This document shows positions 51,179 through 62,225 of a stretch of DNA of 64,000 bases, piece by piece; position 1 is the first letter of the stretch; every line of letters starts with the position of its first letter. The position numbers and the translations under genes were made by a program. Origin of the DNA: Anaeramoeba ignava BMAN. Taxonomy: Eukaryota; Protista; Anaeramoebae. The stretch lies in NCBI GenBank assembly GCA_028826165.1, contig JAPDFW010000012.1:22393-86392 (forward strand), given 5' to 3'. The notes under the pieces are model-generated. The model made no database searches, was not told the origin of the DNA, and saw only the letters and a list, made by a program, of their open reading frames with translations.

Positions 51179-54100
51179 TCAATTATTATTATTATTATTG
51201 TTATTATTATTATTATTAGATCTTGCTCTTCTTGTATTTCGATTAACTCTTGGATTCATTTGAGGAGTTGTTTCAATAAATTCAAGTAAAGAAAATTGAG
51301 AATCATTTTTTTGATTTTGATTTGAATTTTCTTTTAAATTTTCTTTTGAATTTTCTTTTAAATTTTCTTTTAAATTCTGTTTTAAATTTTCTTTTGAATT
51401 TTCTTTTGAATTTTCTTTTGAATTCTCTTTTGAATTTTCTTTTGAATTTTGTTTTAAACTTCCTCTTTGCTTTTTTGTCATATTTTCCAAAATTTCCACA
51501 CAAAGAGTATAATTTTGACTTTTAGCCAATTCCAAAACAGAAAATAAGTTTTCAGAACTAATAGAATTTTGGTCAGGATTCAATTGAGCTCCATAAAAAA
51601 TAAGTCTTTGAAGAGCAACATGTTGATTATTTAAAACAGCCAAATGTAAAGGAGATAAAAAAGTAGAATTCATAACATCAATACGAGCATTCAAATTCAA
51701 CAGAACCAATTCCAAAATCAAAGGATTTGCTTCCAAAGAGGCAATATGAAGACAAGTATTTCCATAATCAAAGGGATTTTTCCATCCCAAATTTGCACCA
51801 TGCATTATTGCTAAATAAGTCAAATCAAAATCCAAATTTTTAACTGCTCGATAAGCAATATAATTGATTGCAGATTGTTCTTCTGATTCTTGATTATTTT
51901 CCTCAAAACTCTCTCTATTTTCTGTTTTAAGAATCTTAAAAAACTTGACATATTCATGATTCAAAAGCGAATTCTTTGAAACGAATTCTTTTGATTGATA
52001 TTTTCTTTTAATGAAATCCAGTCTTGTTTCATAACTACAATTTGGTTGCGGTTTCTTGAAGTTTCCAAGATTACTTTCAAGAACCGAATTCACTTTTTCA
52101 TTTCCTAATTTCTCCATAAAATTAATAACTTGTTCATCCCATTTATCAAACTTTAAAGAACGCACTTTTGAATGATGAACACCTAAACTTCGGTGAACAC
52201 CACAACAATCAATACAAATTAAACATCCAATATTAATTGATCCCCATTCTGGATTTTTTGCTCCACAATCACAACATTCCATATTGCCTGCAATTTGATA
52301 AAAATTTGGAATATGAATATTTTGATTTTGATTTTGATTTTTATTTTCATTTTGATTTTGATTTTCATTTTCATTTTCATTTTCATTTTCATTTTGATTT
52401 TCATTTATTTCTTCTTCTTTTTTTGTTGTTGTTGTTTTGGGATTTAATGAAAGTGTTGTAAATTGTTTATTTCTACTATTTTCAACTACTTTAATCCATT
52501 CATTCATTTCTTCTTGTGTTTTTGCTTGAAGATGATAAGTTTTTTTGGCAGAAAATAAATCAAAACAATTTCTTGATTCAAAATGTTTTTTTTTGTTTTT
52601 TTGTTTAATATTTATATCTTGAATTAATTAATTATAATATTTATTACAATCTATTAGAATCTGTTGTAGGTTTTGCTGTACTTAAAAGAACATCAACTTC
52701 TCCTTGTGGTTCTAAATTCTGTGAATTATATAAATAATATTAATTTACTTTCTTTAAATCAAAACAAAAATAATAAATGTAATTTAAATGTATTCAAAAA
52801 TTACTTTCCAATCTTTTATATAATAAAATTTTCCATTTGAAAGTTCGAAAAATTTTTTTTCCCAATTTTTCGATTTGATTGATTTTTCTAATAAATATCC
52901 TGATTTTTCTTCGATTGATTCATTTTTTGGTATTTTTTCTTGCTAGATTTGAGATGAATAAAAAGCCAAATGAAAATATTATTTTAATTTAAGAAAAAAT
53001 AATATAATATAAAATACGTTTTGATAAATTTTGATTTCTGTTGAAAAATCTTTTTTAAGATTTAAATCTGAATTATTGGATTTAATTTGAGAAATGATTG
53101 AATCTAAAAAATCATGATTTTTGGATAAAAATTCACTTCCTTGATTGAAAAAAGCAAATTGAACAAACATTAAAGAAGATAATGTTTCTAATAAAGTTGT
53201 TTTATGTTTTTTATAAACTTCGTCTAAATGAGACGTAAAAAAATGGCTTGAATTTAAATAGTTTAAATTTGCTTTATCGAGTTCATTTTTAGATTCTGTT
53301 ATTGTTTTTGTATCTTTTTTTGTTGAAATATTAAGGTGTTTAAATAATAATGAATCATATTCTTCTTCTTTTGTTTTCATTTGTTTTCTATATTTTGGAA
53401 CTGTTTCAATTTCATTTTCAACAAATTTTGTGATTCCTTTACTAAATGTTTCTCCAAAATGAATAAACTTTTGAAAAGAGAATTTTAATTTTAATTTATT
53501 TTGATTTTAATTTTTAATTTTAATTTTAATTTTAATTTGAATTTTAATTTGAATTTGAATTTGAATTTGAATTTGAATTTGAATTTGAATTTAATTTTAA
53601 TTTTAATTTTAATTTTGAATTTGAATTTGATTTTGATTTTGAATTTAATTTTAAATTTGAATTTGAATTTGAATTTTGAATTTGATTTTGATTTTGATTT
53701 TGAATTTGATTTTAAATTTTAATTTGAATTTTAATTTGAATTTGAATTTTGAATTTGATTTTAATTTTAATTTTGAATTTGAATTTGAATTTTGATTTTA
53801 ATTTATTTTGAATTTGATTTTTAATTTTGATTTTGATTTTAATTTGAATTTGAATTTTAATTTTGATTTTGATTTTGATTTTGATTTTGATTTTGATTTT
53901 GATTTTGAATTTAATTTTAAATTTGATTTTGAATTTGATTTTGAATTTTGATTTTGATTTTGATTTTGGATTTTAATTTTTAATTTGAATTTTAATTTTG
54001 GATTTTGATTTTGATTTTGATTTTGATTTTAATTTTGAATTTGAATTTGAATTTGATTTTGAATTTTGATTTTGATTTTGATTTTAATTTTGAATTTGAT

Positions 54101-55213
54101 TTTGAATTTGATTTTGAATTTGATTTTAATTTTAATTTTGAATTTGAATTTGAATTTGAATTTGAATTTGAATTTTAATTTGAATCTGAATTTTAATTGA
54201 ATTTGAATTTGAATTTGAATTTGAATTTGAATTTGGTTTTGAATTTGATTTTGAATTTGATTTTGAATTTGATTTTAATTTTGATTTAATTTTCATTTTG
54301 ATTTTGATTTTGATTTTGAATTTGATTTTAATTTTAATTTTAATTTTGAATTTGATTTTGATTTTAATTTTAATTTTAATTTGAATTTGAATTTGAATTT
54401 GAATTTTGATTTTGAATTTAATTTTAAATTTGAATTTGAATTTTAATTTTAATTTTGATTTTAATTTTAATTTTAATTTTAATTTTAATTTTAATTTTGA
54501 TTTTAATTTTGATTTTGATTTTAATTTTGATTTTAATTTTCATTTTGATTTTGATTTTGATTTTGATTTTGATTTTGATTTTAATTTTGATTTTGAATTT
54601 GATTTTGAATTTGAATTTGATTTTGATTTTGAATTTGAATTTGAATTTTAATTTTGATTTTAATTTTAATTTTCATTTTGATTTTGATTTTGATTTTGAT
54701 TTTGATTTTAATTTTGATTTTGAATTTGATTTTAATTTTAATTTTGATTTTAATTTTGAATTTGATTTTGAATTTGAATTACATTTAGTTCAATTAATTC
54801 ACTTAATCTTTCAAACATTTGAGATAATTGTTGAATATTTTTCACTAAAAATTAAAAATTTAATTTAATTTAATTTAAAAATGAAATTAAAAATTAAACT
54901 AACAAAAAAGAGTATCTGTTGTTTCTCCAAGTTTTAAATTTTTATAATTATTAATTTCTGTTGAAAATTCATTTCCTATTTTACTTAAATCTTAATAATA
55001 AAAAATTGAATTTTGAAATTTTAAATTGAAATTTAAATTAAATTTTAAATATTCTTTTATTTTTTTACTTAAAGCTGATTGACAAAATCTTTCAGAAATT
55101 TCAGAAATTTTCTTTAAATAATCCCCAAGTTTAAGTAATTGTTCTTGATATAAATATGTTTTAGCTTGGAATTGTGGTGAATTTTCAATGACTTCTTTAA
55201 ATTCAAAATTCAT
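51179..55213 (-). CDS. ACAP: BAR-PH-ArfGAP-ankyrin protein (ACAP/centaurin-beta type), 7 exons
   Basis: N-terminus [12 protein letters not shown]; spliced [32 protein letters not shown]; Arf[44 protein letters not shown]; ankyrin GNTCLHIA and SPLHLA. Confidence 0.9.
53480..54780. repeat. Intronic hexamer satellite (sense strand AAAATC/AAAATT/AAATTC)n
   Basis: Fills the ACAP intron 54782-53468. Confidence 0.9.
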
Positions 55214-55271
55214 TAAAAAAATTCAATAAAAATGAAAAAAAATGAAAAAAAATTTTTTAATTTAAATATAA

Positions 55272-56098
55272 AAATATTTCAAAAATTTAAATATAAAATT
55301 ATTAATAATTTAATTATAATTTTATTTAAAATACATTTTATATATTAATTATTTTATTAAAATTGATAATTTATTAATTAAATATTATTATTTTATTTAT
55401 CAAAAAATTAATTAATAATATTTCAAAAATTTAAATATAAAATTATTAATAATTTAATTATAATTTTATTTAAAATGTATTTTATATATTAATTATTTTA
55501 TTAAAATTGATAATTTATTAATTAAATATTATTATTTTATTTATCAAAAATTAATTAATAATATTTCAAAAATTTAAATATAAAATTATTAATAATTTAA
55601 TTATAATTTTATTTAAAATGTATTTTATATATTAATTATTTTATTAAAATTAATAATTTATTAATTAAATGTTATTATTTATTTATCAAAAATTAATTAA
55701 AAATATTTCAAAAATTTAAATATAAAATTATTAATAATTTACTTATAAATTTATTTAAAATAGATTTTATATATTAATTATTTTATTAAAATTGATAATT
55801 TATTAATTAAATATTATTATTTTATTTATCAAAAATTAATTAATATTATTTCAAAAATTTAAATATAAAATTATTAATAATTTAATTATAAATTTATTTA
55901 AAATACATTTTATATATTAATTATTTTATTAAAATTGATAATTTATTAATTAAATATTATTATTTTATTTATCAAAAAATTTAATTAATAATATTTCAAA
56001 AATTTAAATATAAAACTATTAATAATTTACTTATAATTTTATTTAAAATGTATTTTAGATATTAATTATTTTATTAAAATTAATAATTTATTAATTAA
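55272..56098. repeat. Tandem array, about 6 copies of a ~144 bp AT-rich unit between divergent genes
   Basis: The anchor tttcaaaaatttaaatataaaa recurs at about 55277, 55421, 55565, 55706, 55849 and 55994. Confidence 0.92.
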
Positions 56099-56255
56099 AA
56101 AAAAAATTAATTAATAGGTGGAAAATTATCAAAAAAGGGGTTTAAATTTAAATAAAAAAATCTTTTTTAATCCAAAATCTAAAAAAAAATTTTTTCATTT
56201 TCTCATTTTTTCATTTTTTTTCTTTTGAAAAAAATTAAAAGAAAAAGAAAAAGAA

Positions 56256-58064
56256 ATGAATTCAGAAAAAGAAATCAATTTAAAAGAAAAAGAAAAAGAA
56301 AAGAATGATTGTTTATTTTTTGGTAAAAATACATCTCCAAAACTTTTGGAAAATGAATCAAATTCATTAACAATTCCTGTTCAATTTAGATTTGAAGAAC
56401 AATTTGAAAAACAAAATGAAAAACAAATTAAACAAATTTCATCAAGTTTATTTTCAACAATTTTCCTTTTTGAAAATGGAAAAGCAATAGAATATTTAAA
56501 AAATTCAAAACAAAATCCAGAAAGAATTGAAATGAAAAATATCAGAAAAGTAACTGTTGGTGTTCAAAATGAAGCTATTTTAACAATAGATGGAGATGTA
56601 TTTGCAAAAGGAAAGGATATTAATTCAAAAAAACCAAATCAATTCATCAATATTTCCAAATTTATCAGAAATATTAAAGATAGAACAATCAAAGATATTG
56701 TTTCAGAAAGAAGTTCAATTTACTTACTAACCTCAAATCAAAATGTTTATGGAATTGGTTCAAATGATAATGGTCAACTTGGTTCTGATTACAGAAAACT
56801 TCAAAAAACAGAAAAACCAATTTTAATGATGAAAAATGTTTCTAAAATATTTGCAGGAAATTCTTCAAGACATGTTTTTCTTTTAAATTCAAATCAAGAA
56901 TTATTTGGATGCGGTTTTAATCATGATGGACAGCTTGGATTAGGAGAATCAACAAAGGGATCCAAAATATCAAAATTAACCAAAATCCAAAATATTCCAA
57001 AAGGCAAAATAATTGATATTCAATGTGGATATCACCATTCAATAATGTTGATTGAAAATGAAGATGAAAATAAAAATCCAAAAAGAAAACTTTATTCATG
57101 TGGATTTCATCAATTTAACGGACTTGGCAAAAATGAAAATACAAAAAAATTTACTGAAATCAAATCATCTTTATTTGAAAATGATGATAATATTCTTCAG
57201 ATTTCTTGCGGATTCACACATACTTTGATTTTAACTTCAAATTCTCAAGTCATTGGATTTGGAAACAATGAATTTGGTCAATTGGGGAAAACAATCAAAA
57301 ATGAAGAGATACTTAGTCAATCAATTCCAATTCAAATTGAACTTCCTGAATTAGCATTTGATGAAGGTGTTTCCAATTATCATGTTTCTTGTGGATACAA
57401 CAAATCATTTCTTTATTATTCTCCTTTTGCTTCTTTTTCCAATTTTGAAGGGGATTTGGTAAAATTATTTAGAAGAAAAGAATTTTGTGATATTTCATTT
57501 AAAACAGAAAACGGGAAAATAATTGAAGCTCATAAATTAATATTGAAATATAGATTAAATGAAAATGAATTTGAAAAACTTCAAGAAATTATTTCAAAAA
57601 AATCAATTAAAGAATCAAATCAAATATTTGAAATGATTTATTCAAACAATCCAAGAATTAATTCAAAATTATATTCTGAAATTAAAGAAATTATAAATTC
57701 CAATGAAAAAATTGAAGAAACAATGAAAAGAATTTATTTAAATGAAAATGAAAAAGATTTTATAATTGAAAGAAAAGAAAAGCAATATAAATTTCCAAAA
57801 TTAATATTAGCAATGAGAAGTGAATTATATCGAATAATGTTTTTAACAGTAATAGATGATAAATCTAATAAAGTTACAGATTATAGTGGATTAAGTAATA
57901 AAGCATTTGAAATATTAGAATATTGGATTTATTCAAATCAAATTAAAGATGAAATTCAAATTACACAAGAAATTATTAATGAAATTAAAATTGGAATTGA
58001 TTATTTTCAATTAAATGAAACAAATCCAAATTTATTAGATTTATTAAATAATAAACTTAAATAA
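56256..58064 (+). CDS. RCC1-repeat beta-propeller + tandem BTB-like domain protein
   Basis: RCC1 repeats GIGSNDNGQLG, GCGFNHDGQLGLG, IQCGYHHS and ISCGFTHT..GFGNNEFGQLG; BTB-like FCDISF..AHKLIL and KLILAMRSELYRIMF..WIY. Confidence 0.9.
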   Translation: MNSEKEINLKEKEKEKNDCLFFGKNTSPKLLENESNSLTIPVQFRFEEQFEKQNEKQIKQISSSLFSTIFLFENGKAIEYLKNSKQNPERIEMKNIRKVTVGVQNEAILTIDGDVFAKGKDINSKKPNQFINISKFIRNIKDRTIKDIVSERSSIYLLTSNQNVYGIGSNDNGQLGSDYRKLQKTEKPILMMKNVSKIFAGNSSRHVFLLNSNQELFGCGFNHDGQLGLGESTKGSKISKLTKIQNIPKGKIIDIQCGYHHSIMLIENEDENKNPKRKLYSCGFHQFNGLGKNENTKKFTEIKSSLFENDDNILQISCGFTHTLILTSNSQVIGFGNNEFGQLGKTIKNEEILSQSIPIQIELPELAFDEGVSNYHVSCGYNKSFLYYSPFASFSNFEGDLVKLFRRKEFCDISFKTENGKIIEAHKLILKYRLNENEFEKLQEIISKKSIKESNQIFEMIYSNNPRINSKLYSEIKEIINSNEKIEETMKRIYLNENEKDFIIERKEKQYKFPKLILAMRSELYRIMFLTVIDDKSNKVTDYSGLSNKAFEILEYWIYSNQIKDEIQITQEIINEIKIGIDYFQLNETNPNLLDLLNNKLK

Positions 58065-58112
58065 TTAAAATTAAAATTAAAATTAAAATTAAAATTAAAA
58101 TTAAAAAATTAA

Positions 58113-58450
58113 GTGATGAATCATTTCCAGATTTTGAAAAATTTATTCAATTCAAATTTCCAAAAAATTAAATTCAAAATCAAAATCAAAATCAAAATCT
58201 AAATCAAAATGAAAATCTAAATCTAAATCAAAATGAAAATCAAAATCAAAATCAATTTCAAAATCTAAATCAAAATCAAAATCAAAATCAAAATCAAAAT
58301 GAAAATCAAAATCAAAATGAAAATGAAAATGAAAATCAAAATCAAAATCTAAATCAAAATCAAAATGTGAATATTTTTAAATCAAATTCTTTAAATTCTG
58401 AATTTATTCCAATTGATTTTAATCAATCATTTTTCACTTTTGAAAAATAA
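58113..58450 (+). other. Orphan terminal-exon-like fragment (NQ/NE repeat flanked by unique coding-like sequence)
   Basis: After an (AAAATT)n run and an AAG it reads DESFPDFEKF..(NQ)n..NVNIFKSNSLNSEFIPIDFNQSFFTFEK*. I found no upstream exon, and the frame is interrupted. Confidence 0.35.
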
Positions 58451-58810
58451 GAAAATAAGAAAATAAGAAAATAAGAAAATAAGAAAAAAAAATTCTTGAT
58501 CAAATTTCGAAACTTTTTTTTTCTTTATTAATTTAATTTTAATTGAAATAAAAAAGCAAAACAAAAAGCAAAAAAAATAAAAGAAAATAAAAGAAAAAAA
58601 TAAAAAATATAAATGATTGAAAATTATTCTTCTTTCTTTTTTTTTTACAATTTAGAGTTAAATTTAAATTTAAATTAAAAAATAAAATTTTTTTTTTCAT
58701 TTTTTCATTTTTTTTATTTTTCTTTTTCTTTTTTTAATCAAAAATTTAATTAAAATTTTTCAATTTAAATTTTTATTTAAATTCATAAAAACAAAAACAA
58801 AAACAAAAAT

Positions 58811-61800
58811 ATGAATAAAAACGAACTTACAATAGTTGTTAGTATTTTTTAATAAAACAAAACAAAACAAAACAAAACAAAACAAAAGAAGAAAAGTTTT
58901 AATTTTATTATTAAAAATCTAAAAATAAAAATTTATTATTTTAATTTATTTTTTTGCTTTAAATTTATTATTTAGATGGCTGGAGATGGTGGTGTTGGTA
59001 AATCCTGCATCACAATTCGTTATGTTAAACAAGTAAACATTCTCAATTTCCTTTCAACAAATAAACCCTTTATTTTGTTTTTTAAAATTTTGATTTTTTT
59101 TTTTAAAAAATTTTTCATTTAGATTTTTCATGATCATTATGACCCAACTCTTGGTAAAAATCTATTTATAAATCTATTTAATAATCTATTTAATAATTTA
59201 TTTAATAATCTATTTATAAATCTATTTATAAATCTATTTAATAATCTATTTATAAATTTATTTAATAATTTATTTAATAATTTATTTACAAACTTATTTA
59301 TAAATCTATTTAATAATTTATTTAATAATTTATTTATAAATTTATTTATAAATCTATTTAATAATTTATTTAATAATTTATTTAATAATTTATTTATAAA
59401 TCTATTTAATAATTTATTTATAAATCTATTTAATAATCTATTTATAAATCTATTTAATAATTTATTTATAAATCTATTTATAATTCTATTTAATAATTCT
59501 ATTTAATAATTTTATTTAATAATCTATTTAATAATTTATTTAATAATTTATTTATAAATCTATTTAATAATTTTATTAAATAATCTATTTAATAATTTAT
59601 TTATAAATTTATTTAATAATTTATTTAATAATTTATTTAATAATTTATTTATAAATCTATTTATAAATCTATTTATAAATCTATTTATTAATTTATTTAA
59701 TAATCTATTTTAATAATTTATTTTAATAATTTATTTAATAATTTATTTATAAATCTATTTTATAAATCTATTTATAAATCTATTTAATAATTTATTTATA
59801 AATCTATTTAATAATTTATTTATAAATCTATTTAATAATTTATTTAATAATCTATTTAATAATTTATTTTAATAATTTATTTATAAATTTATTTAATAAT
59901 TTATTTATAAATTTATTTAATAATTTATTTATAAATCTATTTAATAATTTATTTATAAATCTATTTAATAATTTATTTAATAATCTATTTAATAATTTAT
60001 TTAATAATTTATTTAATAATTTATTTAATAATTTATTTAATAATTTATTTATAAATCTATTTAATAATTTATTTAATAATCTATTTATAAATCTATTTAA
60101 TATTTTAATAATTTATTTAATAATTTTATTTATAAATTTATTTAATAATTTATTTATAAATTTATTTAATAATTTATTTATAAATCTATTTAATAATTTA
60201 TTTATAAATCTATTTAATAATTTATTTTAATAATCTATTTAATAATTTATTTAATAATCTATTTAATTTATTTAATAATTTATTTAATAATTTATTTAAT
60301 AATTTATTTAATAATTTATTTATAAATCTATTTAATAATTTATTTAATAATCTATTTATAAATCTATTTAATAATTTATTTAATAATCTATTTAATAATT
60401 TATTTATAAATCTATTTAATAATTTATTTAATAATCTATTTAATAATCTATTTAATAATCTATTTATAAATCTATTTATAAATCTATTTAATAATCTATT
60501 TAATAATTTATTTAATAATTTATTTAATAATTTATTTATAAATCTATTTAATAATTTATTTATAAATTTATTTTATAATTTATTTTGTTCTTCTTTTCTC
60601 TTTTTATTTTTTAGAGGAAAGTTATAGAACTCAAGTTGAAATTGATAATTCTGTTGTTACTTTAGATATTATTGATACTGCTGGTCAAGGTATTATATAT
60701 TCTCATTAAAATCTTTCTAAAAAATAAAAAATTAAAAAATTAAAAAATTAAAAAATTAAAAAATTAAAAATTAAAAATTAAAAAATTAAAAATAAACAGA
60801 GGAATTTAAAGTTCTTCGAGATACACATCTTTCACAAGGAGATGGATATATACTTGTTTTTAGTATTATTGAAAAATCTGGACTTGATGAAATTGAAAAA
60901 CTTAGAGGACAAATTTTAAGATTTCATGATATTGATCCAACAGAACCAAATACTAATCCTCCATTTCCTATAATGATTGCTGGTAATAAATCAGATCTTG
61001 AAGAATATCGTGAAGTTCCAACAGAAACTGCAAAACAAATGGCAGATCAATGGGGTTTGCCTTATATAGAAACAAGGTATTAAAATAAAAATAAAAATTT
61101 AAATTCAAATTCAAATTAAAATTAAAATTAAAATTAAAATTAAAATTAAAATTAAAATTAAAATTAAAATTAAAATTAAAATTAAAATAAAAATTAAAAT
61201 TAAAATTAAAATTAAAATCGGATAAAAATTAAAATTAAAATTCATTTATAAAATTAAAATTAAAATTAAAATTAAAATTAAAAATTAAAATTAAAATTAA
61301 AATTAAAATTAAAATTAAAAATTCATTTTATAAAAATAAAAATTAAAATTAAAATCAAAATTCAAATCCAAAATTAAAATTAAAATTAAAATTAAAATCA
61401 AAATTAAAATTAAAATTAAAATTAAAAATTAAAATTAAAATTAAAATTAAAATTAAAATTAAAATTAAAATTCATAATAAAATTAAAATTAAAATTCATT
61501 TATAAAATTAAAATTAAAATTAAAATTAAAATTAAAATTAAAATTAAAATTAAAATTAAAATTCATTTATAAAATAAAAATTAAAATTAAAATTAAAATT
61601 AAAATCGGATAAAAATTAAAATTAAAATTAAAATTAAAATTAAAATAAAAATCAAAATTAAAATTAAAATTCATTTATAAAATTATAATTAAAATAAAAA
61701 TTAAAATTAAAATTAAAATTTAAATTAAAATTAAAATTAAAATTAAAATTATTATTTTTTTTAGTGCAAAAAATGGAACAAATATTTCAGAACTTTATGC

Positions 61801-61936
61801 AGAATGTGTTAGAATGGTTCGTAAATATAAAAAAGGACCAACTACAGATACACCAAATACAGAAATTAAAACAGAAATTAAAACTCAACCAAAACAAATA
61901 CCAAAAGAAAAATCTTCATGTTGTTTAATATTATGA
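58811..61936 (+). CDS. Ras-family small GTPase, 6 exons (58811-58837, 58976-59032, 59123-59153, 60615-60689, 60800-61076, 61765-61936); absent from the ORF track
   Basis: Splicing yields G1 GDGGVGKS, switch I YDPTLEESYR, G3 DTAGQEEF, G4 GNKSD, G5 ETSAK and a C-terminal CAAX (SSCCLIL*). Confidence 0.93.
59160..60580. repeat. Intronic ~12 bp satellite (TATAAATCTATT / TAATAATTTATT)n
   Basis: Fills Ras intron 3 (59154-60614), with essentially no G on the sense strand. Confidence 0.92.
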
Positions 61937-62225
61937 ACCAAATCAAAAAATCAAAAAATCAAAAAATTGAAAAATTGAAAAATTGAAAAATTGAAGTTAA
62001 AAAATAATTTCATTTCAAAATGATTTTTTTTTTCATTTTCTTTCTTTTTTTTTTCCACTTTTTTATCTTTTTTTTTTCTTTTCTTTTCTTTACTTTTTTT
62101 TAAATACAAAACAAAACGGAAATTCATTTTTGATTAAATTTTTAATTTTAAATTTTAAAAATTTTTCTTTCAATTTTTATTTTTCATTTTTCATTTTTAT
62201 TTTTCTTTCTCTTTTTATTCTTAAA

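Noticed and set aside
46853-54868. (FN)n, (IL)n, (IK)n and (MK)n ORFs in hexamer tracts
   Set aside because: These are microsatellite artefacts lying in introns or in alternative frames of NQ/NE tracts.
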